Assembly (NCBI GenBank): GCA_050250395.1 | Contig: JBFWOQ010000006.1 | Location: forward strand, 7,231 to 71,230 | Length of the DNA: 64,000 nt | From: Porticoccaceae bacterium | GTDB taxonomy: Bacteria; Pseudomonadota; Gammaproteobacteria; Pseudomonadales; Porticoccaceae | Direction of reading: 5' to 3' | Shown: in pieces, positions 17,787 through 29,470 of the stretch | How the letters are laid out: the number at the start of each line of letters is the position of its first letter | Numbering within the stretch: the first letter of the stretch is position 1 | Made by a program: the position numbers and the translations under genes | Notes under the pieces: generated by a model | What the model saw: only the letters and a program-made list of their open reading frames with translations | Databases searched by the model: none | What the model was told of the DNA's origin: nothing

Positions 17787-18887
17787 TCAGAGCACCGCGC
17801 GCGGGTACGACCCCAGCGGTCGAAGTTCTACCACGCTGGGCCGGATTTCGTCGAGTGCCAGCCGCACTTCCGGATCGTCGCGATGGCCCGCAAAATCGAT
17901 GAAGAAAACGTAGCTCCATTTACGACTCCGGGAGGGCCGGGTCTCGATGCGGGTGAGATCGATGCCGTGATTGCGAAAGGGTTCCAGCAACCGGTACAGG
18001 GCGCCCGGCTCGTTCTTTACCGACACCATGATCGATGTCTTGTCGTCGCCGCTGGGCGGCACATCGCTGCGCCCGATAATCAAAAACCGCGTGGTGTTAT
18101 CGGGTTCATCCTCGATATTGCTGTGCAGGCGCGTCAAGCCATACAGGGATTCCGCCATGGCGCCGGCGATGGCGGCGGAGCTCCATTCGCCCGCCACCCG
18201 TTTCGCCGCTTCGGCATTGCTGTTGAGCGTCACGCGCTCGGCCTTGGGCAGATGGGCGTCGAGCCACTTGCGGCATTGCGCCAATGACTGGGGGTGCGAA
18301 TAAACCCGCGCAATCCCCTCCGGCCTGGTGTTGGGACCGATCAGCAAATGCTGGTGAATCCGCAGTTCCACCTCGCCGCAGATCTGCAAACTGGAATCGA
18401 GAAAACTGTCGAGCGTGTGATTGACCACGCCCTCCGTGGAGTTTTCCACCGGTACCACGCCGTAATCCGCGGCGCCGGCCGCGACTTCGCGAAACACTTC
18501 GTCGATGGCGGGCAACGGCACCGCCACGGCGGAATGCCCGAAATGCTTCAGGGCCGCCGCCTGGGTGAAGGTGCCCTCCGGCCCGAGGAAGGCGACCTTT
18601 ATGGGCTGCTCCAATGCCAGGCAGGCCGACATGATCTCGCGGAACAGCCGCGCCATCTCCTCGGCCGCCAGGGGTCCCGGATTGTTCTCCTTGACCGCGC
18701 GCAGAATCTGCGCTTCGCGTTCCGGTCGGTAGAATTGGGTATCGCCATTATCCGCCTTGACCTTCGCCACCGCCTGCGCGCAGCCGGCGCGGGCGCTCAG
18801 CAGCGCGATGAGCTGGCGATCGATGCCGTCTATCTGTTCACGCAGACGCGCGAGCGCCGCCGAGCCGTTGTCCGATGACGATGTCAT
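17787..18887 (-). CDS. pheA: Bifunctional chorismate mutase / prephenate dehydratase (P-protein)
   Basis: The CM helix LARLREQIDGIDRQLIALLSAR is followed by PDT and ACT domains (VAFLGPEGTFTQ, TRFLIIG, ESRPS-like IETRPSR). The ATG at 18887 lies 1 nt from the gyrA stop. Confidence 0.93.
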   Translation of the reverse strand: MTSSSDNGSAALARLREQIDGIDRQLIALLSARAGCAQAVAKVKADNGDTQFYRPEREAQILRAVKENNPGPLAAEEMARLFREIMSACLALEQPIKVAFLGPEGTFTQAAALKHFGHSAVAVPLPAIDEVFREVAAGAADYGVVPVENSTEGVVNHTLDSFLDSSLQICGEVELRIHQHLLIGPNTRPEGIARVYSHPQSLAQCRKWLDAHLPKAERVTLNSNAEAAKRVAGEWSSAAIAGAMAESLYGLTRLHSNIEDEPDNTTRFLIIGRSDVPPSGDDKTSIMVSVKNEPGALYRLLEPFRNHGIDLTRIETRPSRSRKWSYVFFIDFAGHRDDPEVRLALDEIRPSVVELRPLGSYPRAVL

Positions 18888-18888
18888 C

Positions 18889-21438
18889 TCAGGTCTCCGC
18901 TTCACTTCCGTCATCGCTGACGACCGCGATTCCGACCAGGGTTTCGTTTTCACGCACCCGGATCAGGCGCACGCCCTGGGTGTTGCGACTGAGGACGGAA
19001 ATTTCGTCGACCCGGGTTCGCACCAGGGTGCCCTGATCGGAAATCAGCATGATCTCATCGCTGTCGGCGACCTGTACGGCACCCACCAGCGCACCGTTGC
19101 GCGCGGAGGTCTGCATCGCAATCACCCCCTGCCCGCCCCGGTTGTGCACCGGAAACTCGTCCGGTTCGGTGCGTTTGCCATAGCCATTGGCACTCACCGC
19201 AAGCACCCGGTGCCCGGCCTGCGGGATGATCAGGGAAATCATGCGCTCGCCCTCGGGCAGACGCATGCCGCGCACGCCGCGCGCGGTGCGCCCCATGGGT
19301 CGCACATCGGCTTCATTGAAGCGTACCGCCTTGCCGGTGCTGGCAAACAGCATCACATCCTCGTCGCCGCGGGTGATCGCGGTGCCGACCAGGCTGTCGC
19401 CGGGATCCAGATCCAGCGCGCGCAACCCGACGCTGCGCGGGCGCGAAAACTCGGTCAGCACCACTTTCTTGATGATGCCCGCGGCGGTCGCCATCAGCAC
19501 GAACCGATCTTCGCGATATTCGGCGACGGGCAGCATCGCCGTCACCCGCTCGCCCGGTTCCAGCGGCAGCAGGTTCACCAGCGGTCGGCCGCGTGCGCCG
19601 CGACCGGCCAGCGGAATCTGATAGGTTTTCAGCCAGTACACCTTGCCGGCGCTGGTAAAACACAGGATGGTCGCGTGGGTGCTCGCCACCAGCAGGCGCG
19701 CGACGAAATCCTCCTCCTTGACCGCCGTCGCCGACCGGCCGGTGCCCCCGCGTCGCTGCGCCTGATAATCCACCAGCGGCTGGCTCTTGGCGTAGCCGGC
19801 GTGGGAAATGGTCACCACGCGGTCCTCTTCCGGAATCAGATCCTCGACGGTGAGATCGAGCTGCGACGCGACGATTTCGGTGCGCCGCGCATCGCCGAAA
19901 TCGCGGTCGACCTCCAGCATTTCGTCGCGGATCACCGTCTTCAGCCGCTCCGGATCGCCGAGAATATCCAGGTAATCGCGGATCTCGTCGAGCTTCTCCT
20001 GGTACTCTTCCAGCAGCTTGGCGTGTTCCATTCCGGTCAGGCGATGCAGGCGCAATTCCAGAATCGCGCGCGCCTGGGCTTCCGACAGGTGGTAACCGTC
20101 CGGATGCAGTCCGCACGCTGGGTCCACGTCGTCCGGCAAGCTGGCGTCGTGACCCGCCACGCTCAGAAACGGCATCACTGCCGTCGCGTCCCAGGCCCTT
20201 GCGATCAGGGCCTCGCGCGCTTCCGCGGCGCTGGCCGACGCCTTGATCAACTCGATGACCGGATCGATATTGGCGATCGCCACCGCCAGACCTTCCAGCA
20301 CATGCCCGCGTTCGCGGGCCTGCCGGAGGAGATACATCGTGCGGCGCGTGACCACCTCGCGGCGATGCCGAATAAAGGCTTCGATCAGCTGCTTGAGGTT
20401 CAGGATTTTCGGCTGGCCGTCGACCAGGGCAACGATATTGATCCCGAACACGGTTTCAAGCTGGGTCTGGGCATAGAGCTGGTTCAACAGCACTTCGCCG
20501 GACTCGCCGCGCTTGAGCTCGACCACCACGCGCAACCCGTCCTTGTCCGACTCGTCGCGCAGTTCGGAAATACCTTCGATTTTCTTTTCCTTGACCAGCT
20601 CGGCGATTTTTTCGATAAGCCGGGTTTTCTGCAATTGATAGGGTATCTCGGTGATGACGATACGGTCGCGATCCCCCTTTTCCATGGGCTCCACCTGCGC
20701 CCGTCCCCGCACCAGGATGCGGCCGCGACCGGTACGGTAGGCTTCGACGATCCCGGCACGCCCGTTGATGATGCCGGCGGTGGGGAAGTCCGGTCCCGGG
20801 ACGATCTCGATCAGCTCGTCCACGCTCAACCCGGGGTCATCGAGCAGCGCAATACAGGCCTTGATGACTTCCGAAAGGTTGTGGGGCGGGATGTTGGTGG
20901 CCATGCCGACCGCGATCCCGGACGATCCGTTCACCAGCAGGTTGGGCACCCGGGTCGGCAGCACCGTGGGAATCTGCTCGGTCTCGTCGTAATTGGGCGC
21001 GAAGTCGACCGTTTCGCTGTCGAGATCGGCCAGCAGCGCGTGGGCGATGCGCGACATGCGAATTTCGGTGTAACGCATCGCCGCTGGCGCATCGCCGTCG
21101 ATGGAGCCGAAGTTGCCCTGACCGTCCACCAGCGGATAACGCAGCGAGAAGGATTGCGCCATGCGCACGATGGTGTCGTAGACCGCGGAATCGCCGTGCG
21201 GGTGGTATTTACCGATGACGTCGCCGACCACCCGCGCCGATTTCTTGTAGGCGCGGTTCCAGTCGTTGTTGAGCTCGCTCATGGCGAACAACACGCGCCG
21301 GTGGACCGGCTTCAGCCCGTCGCGCACATCGGGAAGTGCCCGCCCGACGATGACGCTCATGGCATAGTCCAGATAGGACTGGCGCAGTTCGTCTTCGATG
21401 TTTACCGGAAAAATTTCTCTGGCGATCGACTCACTCAT
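18889..21438 (-). CDS. gyrA: DNA gyrase subunit A
   Basis: [50 protein letters not shown], with the [15 protein letters not shown]. The protein is 849 aa. Confidence 0.98.
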   Translation of the reverse strand: MSESIAREIFPVNIEDELRQSYLDYAMSVIVGRALPDVRDGLKPVHRRVLFAMSELNNDWNRAYKKSARVVGDVIGKYHPHGDSAVYDTIVRMAQSFSLRYPLVDGQGNFGSIDGDAPAAMRYTEIRMSRIAHALLADLDSETVDFAPNYDETEQIPTVLPTRVPNLLVNGSSGIAVGMATNIPPHNLSEVIKACIALLDDPGLSVDELIEIVPGPDFPTAGIINGRAGIVEAYRTGRGRILVRGRAQVEPMEKGDRDRIVITEIPYQLQKTRLIEKIAELVKEKKIEGISELRDESDKDGLRVVVELKRGESGEVLLNQLYAQTQLETVFGINIVALVDGQPKILNLKQLIEAFIRHRREVVTRRTMYLLRQARERGHVLEGLAVAIANIDPVIELIKASASAAEAREALIARAWDATAVMPFLSVAGHDASLPDDVDPACGLHPDGYHLSEAQARAILELRLHRLTGMEHAKLLEEYQEKLDEIRDYLDILGDPERLKTVIRDEMLEVDRDFGDARRTEIVASQLDLTVEDLIPEEDRVVTISHAGYAKSQPLVDYQAQRRGGTGRSATAVKEEDFVARLLVASTHATILCFTSAGKVYWLKTYQIPLAGRGARGRPLVNLLPLEPGERVTAMLPVAEYREDRFVLMATAAGIIKKVVLTEFSRPRSVGLRALDLDPGDSLVGTAITRGDEDVMLFASTGKAVRFNEADVRPMGRTARGVRGMRLPEGERMISLIIPQAGHRVLAVSANGYGKRTEPDEFPVHNRGGQGVIAMQTSARNGALVGAVQVADSDEIMLISDQGTLVRTRVDEISVLSRNTQGVRLIRVRENETLVGIAVVSDDGSEAET

Positions 21439-21565
21439 CTCGCGTCACTTCTCCGGCAATCGCTGCCAGTACCGGCAGGCTCGACCCGCGGTCGCAGGCG
21501 TTCAAAAGGGCGGCGCATTGTAGCACAGGGCCCCACCGCCCCGGCCGCGCTATACTGCCGCCGCC

Positions 21566-22918
21566 ATGAGTCTGCCGCCCTCCCCGCCACCGCAGTTTCC
21601 TCGCGCCGACCTGGTGGTTGCCGCGGGCTGGGTAGTGCCCGTGGTGCCCCAAGGCGCGGTCTATCGCGACTGCGCCGTGGTCATCGCCGGGGAGCGCATC
21701 GTGGAGCTGCTGCCGCGCGCCGAGGCCCTCCGCAAGCATCCGGCAGCGAAGTTCCTGCACCTTCCCGACAGTCTGCTGATGCCCGGTCTGGTGAACGCCC
21801 ACGGCCATGCCGCCATGTCGCTGTTCCGCGGCCTCGCCGACGACATGCCGCTCAATACCTGGCTCGAACAGCACATCTGGCCCGCCGAGGCGCGCTGGGT
21901 CGGCGCCGATTTCGTCGCCGACGGCACCCGGCTCGCCATCGCGGAAATGCTCGCCACCGGGACTACCTGCTTCGCCGACATGTACTTCTACCCCGACGTG
22001 GTCGCCACGGTCGCGCGACAGGCCCGCATCCGCGCCCAGATCGCCTTCCCGATCCTGGAATTCGCGACGCCCTGGGCACGCAATGCCGACGAGTACCTGC
22101 ACAAGGGTCTCGCGGTCTACGATGACAACCACGGCGACCCGTTGCTGCGCGTCGCCTTTGGTCCGCACGCGCCCTACACCGTGGCCGACACCACCCTGGA
22201 ACGCATCGCGACCTACGCCGAGGAACTGCAAGCCTCGGTTCACATCCACCTGCATGAAACCGCGCGCGAGGTGGCCGACGCCATCGCCACCCACGGCGAG
22301 CGTCCGAGCGCCCGGTTGCACCGCTTCGGGCTGCTGTCGCGCACGACCCAGTGCGTCCACATGACCCAGGTGGACACGAGCGATTGCGAACTCCTGGCCA
22401 CCACCGGCGCCAGCGTGATCCACTGCCCCGAATCGAACCTCAAACTCGCCAGCGGCTTCTGCCCGGTGCACATGCTGCGCAGCGCGGGCGTTGCGGTGGC
22501 GCTGGGTACCGACGGCGCCGCCAGCAACAACGACCTCGACCTGTTCGACGAAATGCACACCGCCGCGCTGCTCGCCAAGGGTCTGAGCGGCGACCCGTCC
22601 CATCTCGGTGCCGCCGAAGTGATCGAGCTGGCGACGCTCGGCGGCGCCACGGTGCTCGGTCTGGAGGACGAGATCGGCAGCCTCGAAGCCGGCAAGGCCG
22701 CCGACATGATCGCCGTGGCGTTCACCGATCCGGGCGCACTGCCCCTGTACAATCCGCTCTCGCAACTGGTGTACACCGGCTGCGGGCGGCGCGTGAGCCA
22801 CGCCTGGGTGGCGGGTCAGTGCGTCCTCGACGGTCGCGCGCACCAGACCATCGACCTGCCGGCACTGGAGGTCCGCGTCCGGGAATGGCGCGACCGCATC
22901 GCCGCCAACACCCGCTGA
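21566..22918 (+). CDS. mtaD: Amidohydrolase of the TRZ/ATZ family, likely 5-methylthioadenosine/S-adenosylhomocysteine deaminase
   Basis: It has the metal-binding LMPGLVNAHGHAAMSLFRGLADD and the HLHET motif. It occupies the conserved position upstream of ubiG. Confidence 0.8.
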   Translation: MSLPPSPPPQFPRADLVVAAGWVVPVVPQGAVYRDCAVVIAGERIVELLPRAEALRKHPAAKFLHLPDSLLMPGLVNAHGHAAMSLFRGLADDMPLNTWLEQHIWPAEARWVGADFVADGTRLAIAEMLATGTTCFADMYFYPDVVATVARQARIRAQIAFPILEFATPWARNADEYLHKGLAVYDDNHGDPLLRVAFGPHAPYTVADTTLERIATYAEELQASVHIHLHETAREVADAIATHGERPSARLHRFGLLSRTTQCVHMTQVDTSDCELLATTGASVIHCPESNLKLASGFCPVHMLRSAGVAVALGTDGAASNNDLDLFDEMHTAALLAKGLSGDPSHLGAAEVIELATLGGATVLGLEDEIGSLEAGKAADMIAVAFTDPGALPLYNPLSQLVYTGCGRRVSHAWVAGQCVLDGRAHQTIDLPALEVRVREWRDRIAANTR

Positions 22919-22944
22919 GACCCCACCCCTGTCGGTGACCGCCC

Positions 22945-23691
22945 ATGTCCGCTACTGATTCCGGCCCCGCCGTCCACGGCAACGTCGATCCCGCCGAAAT
23001 CGCCCGCTTCGCCGCACTGGCCGCGCGCTGGTGGGATGCCACCGGCGAATTCAGGCCGCTCCATGAAATCAACCCCCTGCGCGCCAACTGGATCGACGAG
23101 CGCGCCCCGGTCGCGGGCCGCCGGCTGCTGGATGTGGGCTGCGGCGGCGGCATTCTGGCGGAAGCCATGGCGCGCCGCGGCGCGCAGGTCACCGGCATCG
23201 ACCTGGGTGAAGCGCCGCTTGCGGTGGCGCGCTTGCACGGCATCGAGTCCGGTATCGCCGTCGACTATCGCTGCATCGCCGCCGAGGCACTGGCCGCCGA
23301 AGCGCCCGGGACCTTCGATGTGGTCACCTGCCTCGAAATGCTGGAGCACGTCCCCGACCCCGCCGCCGTGGTACGCGCCTGCGCGCAGCTGGTCAAACCC
23401 GGCGGCCACCTGTTTTTCTCCACCATCAACCGCAATCCCAAGGCGTTTGCACTGGCGATCGTCGGCGCCGAATATCTGCTGGGTCTGCTGCCGCGCGGGA
23501 CGCACACCTACGCCCGCTTCATCCGTCCGGCGGAACTCGCCACCTGGTGTCGCGCCGCGGGGCTCGAGGTGCGCGACATGACCGGCATGCTCTACAACCC
23601 GCTGACCCGCAGCTATCGCCTGAAGGCAATGGCTGTGGACGTGAACTACCTGCTCCACGCCACGCGGGCCGCTCCCGGGGAAGCCGCGTGA
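22945..23691 (+). CDS. ubiG: Bifunctional 3-demethylubiquinol 3-O-methyltransferase / 2-polyprenyl-6-hydroxyphenol methylase
   Basis: [27 protein letters not shown]...[10 protein letters not shown]...[12 protein letters not shown] matches UbiG. Confidence 0.93.
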   Translation: MSATDSGPAVHGNVDPAEIARFAALAARWWDATGEFRPLHEINPLRANWIDERAPVAGRRLLDVGCGGGILAEAMARRGAQVTGIDLGEAPLAVARLHGIESGIAVDYRCIAAEALAAEAPGTFDVVTCLEMLEHVPDPAAVVRACAQLVKPGGHLFFSTINRNPKAFALAIVGAEYLLGLLPRGTHTYARFIRPAELATWCRAAGLEVRDMTGMLYNPLTRSYRLKAMAVDVNYLLHATRAAPGEAA

Positions 23692-24344
23692 GCCGCTATC
23701 GCGCCGTCCTGTTCGATCTCGACGGCACATTGCTCGACACCGCGCCGGACTTCGCCTACGCGTTGAACCAGTTGCTGCAAGCGCACGCCATGGCACCGCT
23801 CGCGGACACGGAGATTCGGACCCTGGTCACCGACGGCTCGGCGAGTCTGGTAGCCCGGGCCTTCGGCTGTACGGCGGAGGATCCCCGGTTCGAGCAGATC
23901 CGCGCCGAATTCCTGGCGATCTATCGCGCCAATCTGTCGCGTCACACCCGACCGTTTCCCGGTATCGAAGCCGTGCTCGCGCGCCTGGGCGCAGCCGGCC
24001 TGCCCTGGGCCGTGGTCACCAACAAGCCCAGCACCTACACCACGCCCCTGCTGCGGGACATGAATCTGGCGCCGGCGCCCGGCGCGGTGATCTGCCCCGA
24101 TCACGTCACCCATGCCAAGCCGCACCCGGAGTCGATCCTGCTCGCCTGCGCCCGGCTTGGCGTCGCGCCGGACGCCTGCATCATGATCGGCGATCATCGC
24201 CGCGACATCGACGCGGGTCGCAGCGCCGGCACCCACACGGTGGCGGCGGTGTACGGCTATATCGATGCCGGCGAAGACCCCGCCGACTGGAACGCGCACC
24301 ATCGCATCGCCAGCGCTCACGAGCTTCACGACCTGCTGTTTTGA
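23688..24344 (+). CDS. HAD-IA family phosphatase (phosphoglycolate phosphatase / MupP-like)
   Basis: [17 protein letters not shown] and [14 protein letters not shown] are the HAD motifs. The GTG start overlaps the ubiG stop (GTGA), and the longer ORF-track version overlaps ubiG by about 140 nt. Confidence 0.85.
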   Translation: MSRYRAVLFDLDGTLLDTAPDFAYALNQLLQAHAMAPLADTEIRTLVTDGSASLVARAFGCTAEDPRFEQIRAEFLAIYRANLSRHTRPFPGIEAVLARLGAAGLPWAVVTNKPSTYTTPLLRDMNLAPAPGAVICPDHVTHAKPHPESILLACARLGVAPDACIMIGDHRRDIDAGRSAGTHTVAAVYGYIDAGEDPADWNAHHRIASAHELHDLLF

Positions 24345-24369
24345 CCCTGCCGAGAACCCCATCGCCGCC

Positions 24370-25128
24370 ATGCCTGTTTCCACCGTACCCAGCAACTACA
24401 CGCCCTCGCCGACTCTGTTGCGCGACCGGGTCATTCTGGTGACCGGTGCCGGGGCTGGTATCGGTCGTTGTGCCGCCACCACCTATGCGCGCCACGGCGC
24501 CACCCTGATCCTGTGCGGTCGCACCGTCGCCAAACTCGAAAGCGTCTACGACGAAATCCGCGCCGCCGGCGGCCCCGAGCCCGCGATCTACCCGCTCTGC
24601 CTCGAAGGCGCCACCGAAACCCATTACCAGGCGATGGCCGCACAGATAACCGACGAATTCGGTCGTCTGGATGGCCTGCTGCACAACGCCGCGCTGCTGG
24701 GCGAGCGCACCACCATCGCCAACTACGATGCGGCGAGCTGGGCGCGCGTGCTGCACGTCAATGTGACGGCGGAATTTCTCCTCACCAAGGCGCTGCTGCC
24801 GGCGCTGCGCGAGGCACCCGACGCCGCGGTGCTGTTCACTTCTTCAGGCGTCGGCCGCGAGGGTCGGGCGTTCTGGGGCGCCTACGCGGTATCCAAATTC
24901 GCGGTCGAGGGGATGAGTCAGGTGCTGGCGGCAGAACTTGAGCGCACCAGCCGGATTCGCGTGAACTGCATCAATCCCGGCGCCACCCGCACCGCCATGC
25001 GGGCCGCGGCGTACCCGGCCGAAGATCCCGCGACCCTGAAAACGCCCGCCGATCTGATGCCGGCCTACCTGTATCTGATGGGGCCGGACAGCCAGGGCGT
25101 GACTGGACGATCTTTCGACGCCCAGTAG
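24370..25128 (+). CDS. yciK: YciK-family SDR oxidoreductase
   Basis: ILVTGAGAGIGRCAATTYARHGATLILCGR...YAVSKFAVEG. At 252 aa it is the same length as E. coli YciK. Confidence 0.85.
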   Translation: MPVSTVPSNYTPSPTLLRDRVILVTGAGAGIGRCAATTYARHGATLILCGRTVAKLESVYDEIRAAGGPEPAIYPLCLEGATETHYQAMAAQITDEFGRLDGLLHNAALLGERTTIANYDAASWARVLHVNVTAEFLLTKALLPALREAPDAAVLFTSSGVGREGRAFWGAYAVSKFAVEGMSQVLAAELERTSRIRVNCINPGATRTAMRAAAYPAEDPATLKTPADLMPAYLYLMGPDSQGVTGRSFDAQ

Positions 25129-25143
25129 GGCAAGACCCAGGGG

Positions 25144-25977
25144 TTAATGCTTGCGGGACTGCCCCCGGCGCCCGCCGCCCGCCCGCAGCCGGCGTTCCTG
25201 GCGCTCGCGCTGCTGAAGTTCATGGGGCACCAGGGGCGCCACCGCGCGCTCCAACCCCGCCGCCTTGTACAGCCCGGCGATTTGCCCGGGCGGGAGGTCG
25301 GCCCACTGCCCCAGGCGAATCCACGACGGCAGCACCACGGGTCCGTAGCGGACCCGCTTGAGCCGGCTCACGGTACAGCCCTGGGATTCCCACAGACGCC
25401 GCACCTCGCGGTTGCGCCCTTCCCGCACGATCACCGAAAACCAGCGGTTGGCGTTCTCGCCGCCGCCCGGCACGATGCGTTCGAAGCGCGCCGGACCGTC
25501 GTCCAGCTCGACCCCGGCGGCAAGACGCGCGATGATTTCGTCGGTCACTTCGCCGCGCACCCGCACCCGGTATTCCCGCTCGATCCCGGTCGCCGGATGC
25601 ATCAGGCGATTGGCGAGCTCGCCGTCGTTGGTAAACAACAGTAGACCGCTGGTATTGACGTCCAGGCGCCCGACCGCGACCCAGCGTCCGGTCCTGAGCG
25701 CGGGCAGCGCGCCGAACACCGTCGCCCGCGCTTTCGGATCGGTGCGGGTACTGATCTCGCCTTCGGGCTTGTTGTAAACCAGAACCCGCGGCACGGCGGT
25801 TTCCGCGAGCGCGACGCGTCGACCATCGACGCAGATGACGGCGGTGGCGGTGGCGCGATCGCCAATGCTCGCGAGCTTACCGTCGACCGTGACCCGGCCA
25901 CCGCCGATCCAGCCTTCGATCTCCCGGCGTGAGCCCAGGCCGGCATTGGCGAGCAATTTCTGGATTTTTTCGCTCAT
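25144..25977 (-). CDS. rluB: 23S rRNA pseudouridine synthase RluB
   Basis: It has the S4 domain [24 protein letters not shown], the catalytic [18 protein letters not shown] and a basic C-terminal tail. The start shows ATGA coupling to scpB. Confidence 0.9.
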   Translation of the reverse strand: MSEKIQKLLANAGLGSRREIEGWIGGGRVTVDGKLASIGDRATATAVICVDGRRVALAETAVPRVLVYNKPEGEISTRTDPKARATVFGALPALRTGRWVAVGRLDVNTSGLLLFTNDGELANRLMHPATGIEREYRVRVRGEVTDEIIARLAAGVELDDGPARFERIVPGGGENANRWFSVIVREGRNREVRRLWESQGCTVSRLKRVRYGPVVLPSWIRLGQWADLPPGQIAGLYKAAGLERAVAPLVPHELQQRERQERRLRAGGGRRGQSRKH

Positions 25978-26642
25978 GGTGCGGATGCCGTTGCCGGGGC
26001 GGACATCCGGTCCGCGACCGGTGAATCGGCACCGGGTGTTTCCACAGCGCCCGGCTCGGCAGCACCAGGCGCAAGCGCAGCCGCGGCGGCCAGCTCCAGC
26101 TGGGGCTCCAGCAACTCGAAATCCTTGAGTTCGCTGAGGGGCGGCAGCTGATCCAGGCTCTCCAGATTGAAATAGTCCAGAAACTGCCGGGTGGTGGCGT
26201 AGAGCGCCGGCCGGCCTGGAACATCGCGATGCCCCACCACGCGGACCCACTCCCGCTCCTGCAAGCCTTTGATGGTATCGGAACTCACGGCCACGCCGCG
26301 CACGGCTTCAATGTCGCCCCGCGTCACTGGCTGGCGGTAGGCGATCAGGACCAGGGTTTCCAGGAACGCGCGCGAATAGCGTCGCGGTTTTTCTTCCCAC
26401 AGCCGCCCGATCCAGGGCGCCAGCTCGGCGCGCACCTGGAGCCGATAGCCGCTGGCGGTCTGGCGCAGCTCCCAGGCGTGCTCGGCACTGGCGGCGGCGA
26501 TGGCGTCGAGCGCCGTCCGGATGGCATCGTGGCCCGGCTGTTCCAACGGATCGAACAGCGCATCCAGCTGGACCAGATCCAAGGGTCGCCCGGCAGCCAG
26601 CAATGCGCCTTCGACGATCCTGCGCAAGCGATCAGCTTCCAT
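25974..26642 (-). CDS. scpB: SMC-Scp complex subunit ScpB
   Basis: [13 protein letters not shown]...[23 protein letters not shown]...[16 protein letters not shown] matches ScpB. Confidence 0.9.
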   Translation of the reverse strand: MEADRLRRIVEGALLAAGRPLDLVQLDALFDPLEQPGHDAIRTALDAIAAASAEHAWELRQTASGYRLQVRAELAPWIGRLWEEKPRRYSRAFLETLVLIAYRQPVTRGDIEAVRGVAVSSDTIKGLQEREWVRVVGHRDVPGRPALYATTRQFLDYFNLESLDQLPPLSELKDFELLEPQLELAAAAALAPGAAEPGAVETPGADSPVADRMSAPATASAP

Positions 26643-27477
26643 CGGTCGATCTCCCGGCAACATGAATGGGGCCGTAGGGCTCGGCCTGGACGATTTCGAT
26701 CAGGGATTCCTTGACCAGCTCCATGATCGCGAGAAAGGTGACCACCACCCCCCGCCGCCCCTCGGTGAGCCGGAACAGCACGACAAAGGGCACGAACGCG
26801 TCGGTGCGCAGGCGATCCAGTATTTCCGCCATGCGGGCGCGGGTCGAGAGCGGCTCGAAGCGGATGTGGTGGTGTTCCTGAAGCCGCGCTCGCTGCATCA
26901 CGCCGGCGAGGGCAACCAGCAACTCCCGCAATTCCACCGGCGGGTGCGGGCGCTGCTGCGGGCCCTCCGGCGCCGGCAGCGTCGCGGGAAAGACATCCCG
27001 CTCGACGCGCGGGAGCAGATCCAGCGCCTCTGCGGCCTGCTTGAAGCGCTCGTACTCCTGCAACCGGCGAATCAGCTCGGCGCGGGGATCGTCCTCCTCC
27101 AGGGTCTCGGCCTGACGGGGCAGCAGCATGCGGGACTTGATCTCCGCCAGCATCGCCGCCATCACCAGGTACTCGGCCGCCAACTCGAAGCGCAGCGCCT
27201 CCATCATCCCGATGTACTCGATGTACTGGCGGGTAATCTCCGCGACGTTGACCAGCAGGATGTCGAGATTGCGACGCCGGATCAGGTACAGCAGCAAGTC
27301 GAGGGGGCCTTCGAAACTTTCCAGCACCACCTCGAGCGCGTCCGGCGGAATATAGAGATCCGCCGGCAACTGGGTCATGCGCTCGCCGAGCACGATGGCG
27401 AACGGCAGCTCCTCCTGGCAGGGCGCCCGAGGCGGTGTCGCGACCGCGGGCAGCGCCGGAAAGTCCGCTGTACTCAT
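26632..27477 (-). CDS. scpA: Segregation and condensation protein A
   Basis: LESFEGPLDLLLYLIRRRNLDILLVNVAEITRQYIEYI matches ScpA. Confidence 0.9.
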   Translation of the reverse strand: MSTADFPALPAVATPPRAPCQEELPFAIVLGERMTQLPADLYIPPDALEVVLESFEGPLDLLLYLIRRRNLDILLVNVAEITRQYIEYIGMMEALRFELAAEYLVMAAMLAEIKSRMLLPRQAETLEEDDPRAELIRRLQEYERFKQAAEALDLLPRVERDVFPATLPAPEGPQQRPHPPVELRELLVALAGVMQRARLQEHHHIRFEPLSTRARMAEILDRLRTDAFVPFVVLFRLTEGRRGVVVTFLAIMELVKESLIEIVQAEPYGPIHVAGRSTDGS

Positions 27478-27558
27478 GCAATCTCCGTTGACCGTCGATG
27501 GCCGTAAGGGCGCGGCCATTATAGGACGCTGCCGCGACGGCAGTGACCGCGATTCGCA

Positions 27559-28185
27559 TCAGGCGCAGCCGAACGGCTCCGGATCGCCCATGCCGCGCCG
27601 CAGCAGCCGGGGCTCGGGGCCGCTCAGATCGATCACGGTAGTGGGCTCCAGCGAACCGAAACCGCCATCGACGAGGGCGTCGATCCGCGTGCCCAGCCGA
27701 TCCCGGATGTCGTCCGGGTCGGACAGGGGATACTCGTCTCCGGGCAAGATCAGCGTGACACTCATCAGCGGCTCGCCCAGCTCGGCGAGCAAACCCTGAG
27801 TGATGGCGTTATCCGGTACCCGCAGTCCTATGGTCTTGCGCTTGGGGTGCATGAGTCGGCGCGGGACTTCGGAGGTGGCGTTGAGAATAAAGGTATAAGG
27901 CCCAGGCGTATGGGCCTTGAGCAGACGAAAAACCTGATTGTCGACCTTGGCGTAGCTGCCCAGCTCCGACAGATCCCGGCACACCAGGGTGAAGTTGTGG
28001 TGTTTGTCGAGATCCCGAATGCGACGGATGCGATCCACTGCGTCCTTGTCGCCGAGATGGCAGCCGAGCGCGTAGGCCGAATCCGTGGGATAGGCCACCA
28101 GACCGCCATGGCGGACGATGTCCGCCACCTTGCTCAGCAAGCGTGCCTGGGGGTTGTCGGGGTGGATATGCAAGGTTTCGACCAT
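27559..28185 (-). CDS. yciO: Sua5/YciO/YrdC-family threonylcarbamoyl-AMP synthase-like protein (YciO-like)
   Basis: MVETLHIHPDNPQARLLSKVADIVRHGGLVAYPTDSAYALGCHLGDK aligns with the E. coli YciO N-terminus. Confidence 0.88.
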   Translation of the reverse strand: MVETLHIHPDNPQARLLSKVADIVRHGGLVAYPTDSAYALGCHLGDKDAVDRIRRIRDLDKHHNFTLVCRDLSELGSYAKVDNQVFRLLKAHTPGPYTFILNATSEVPRRLMHPKRKTIGLRVPDNAITQGLLAELGEPLMSVTLILPGDEYPLSDPDDIRDRLGTRIDALVDGGFGSLEPTTVIDLSGPEPRLLRRGMGDPEPFGCA

Positions 28186-28441
28186 GACCAGGTCCAATGC
28201 AGGGCACGCCAGCGGTGGCGCGCGGCACTATAGCAGCTTGCTGAAAAACCTCGCGAGAGGGTCCGCGACGCACGGCGCGCAACGACCGAAACCGATCAAA
28301 TGGATAGGCGAAGGAGCGAACACCGCGCATGGCTTGCCACACGCGAACCCGCCCCGAAAATTGTGCGTACGCCAGCCCCCGCGTCTGTGCCCTGACGCGC
28401 CAAAGCGGTAGAATCCACGCCTTTGCGGACCTCGTTTCCCC

Positions 28442-29158
28442 ATGACCGTCACCACTGCGCCACCTCGCGAAAGCCTGTTGCTCAATCTCGGGCTGAATAT
28501 CGTTGCGCCCTCGCTGGTGCTGATGAAATTGAGCGGTCCGGATGCCCTGGGGACGACAGGAGGGATCCTCCTGGCGCTCGCTTTTCCCATCGGCTATGGC
28601 CTGTGGGATTTTTCGCGCCGCCGGAAATTCAACCTGTTCTCGGCGATCGGCGTGATCAGCGTGTTGCTTACCGGCGGCATCAGCCTGCTGGCGCTGCCGC
28701 CGCGCTATCTGGCGCTCAAGGAAGCGGCCATACCCGGACTCCTCGGTATCGGCATCGTGCTGTCCCTGAAGACCCGCTGGCCGCTGGTGCGGAGTCTGCT
28801 GCTGAACGACGCCGTAGTCGACACCGCGCGTATCCACACCGAGCTGACGGCGCGGGGAGCAGTAGCGTCCTTCGAACGCGCGTTGGTGCGGGCTTCCTGG
28901 ATGGTGGCGGGTTCCTTTTTTCTTTCCTCCGCGCTCAATTATCTGCTGGCCAGCGCGGTGGTCACGGCCACCGCCGGCAGCCTCGAATACAACGAGCAAC
29001 TGGGCCGGCTGACGGCGCTGAGTTATCCCGTGATTGCGCTGCCCGCCACGCTAGTCATGATGGGCGCCCTGTTTTATCTGTTTCGCTGCATCACGCGCTT
29101 GACCGGCCTGACGTTCGAGACGCTCCTGCGGACTCCACCCGACCCCGCGCAGCATTGA
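28442..29158 (+). CDS. Polytopic inner-membrane protein of unknown function, 238 aa
   Basis: It has several hydrophobic segments. It sits where yciB/ispZ would be expected before yciI, but the sequence does not resemble YciB. Confidence 0.6.
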   Translation: MTVTTAPPRESLLLNLGLNIVAPSLVLMKLSGPDALGTTGGILLALAFPIGYGLWDFSRRRKFNLFSAIGVISVLLTGGISLLALPPRYLALKEAAIPGLLGIGIVLSLKTRWPLVRSLLLNDAVVDTARIHTELTARGAVASFERALVRASWMVAGSFFLSSALNYLLASAVVTATAGSLEYNEQLGRLTALSYPVIALPATLVMMGALFYLFRCITRLTGLTFETLLRTPPDPAQH

Positions 29159-29170
29159 GGCCCTTCCGGC

Positions 29171-29470
29171 ATGTGGTATGCGTTCATCTGCGACGACACC
29201 CCCGACAGCCTGACAGCCCGGCTCCGGGCGCGCCCGGCGCACCTGGCGCGCCTCGAAGCGCTCAAGGCCGCCGGCCGGCTGCTGGTGGCAGGGCCGACTC
29301 CCGCCATCGATGCGGATAACCCGGGCGCCGCCGGCTTTACCGGCAGCATCGTCATCGCCGAATTTCCCTCGCTCGCCGCCGCCCAGGCCTGGGGTGCCGA
29401 CGACCCCTATATCGCCGCCGGCGTCTACGCCTCGGTGACCGTCAAGCCCTTCAAGCGAGTGTTGCCCTGA
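29171..29470 (+). CDS. yciI: YciI-family protein
   Basis: It is 99 aa and contains [23 protein letters not shown]...[22 protein letters not shown]. Confidence 0.88.
   Translation: MWYAFICDDTPDSLTARLRARPAHLARLEALKAAGRLLVAGPTPAIDADNPGAAGFTGSIVIAEFPSLAAAQAWGADDPYIAAGVYASVTVKPFKRVLP

Noticed and set aside
18757-22125. Very long ORFs antisense to recognisable genes. Examples are 18757..22125 (1122 aa, opposite gyrA), 52342..55026 (opposite acnD), 57430..59505 (opposite hslVU), 59824..61986, 21431..22843, 34089..35999, 16259..17653, 3147..4766 and 8086..9525.
   Set aside because: Their translations are R/G/A/P/H-rich low-complexity sequence with no recognisable motifs, while the opposite strand encodes textbook proteins. 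Long stop-free antisense frames are expected in GC-rich DNA.
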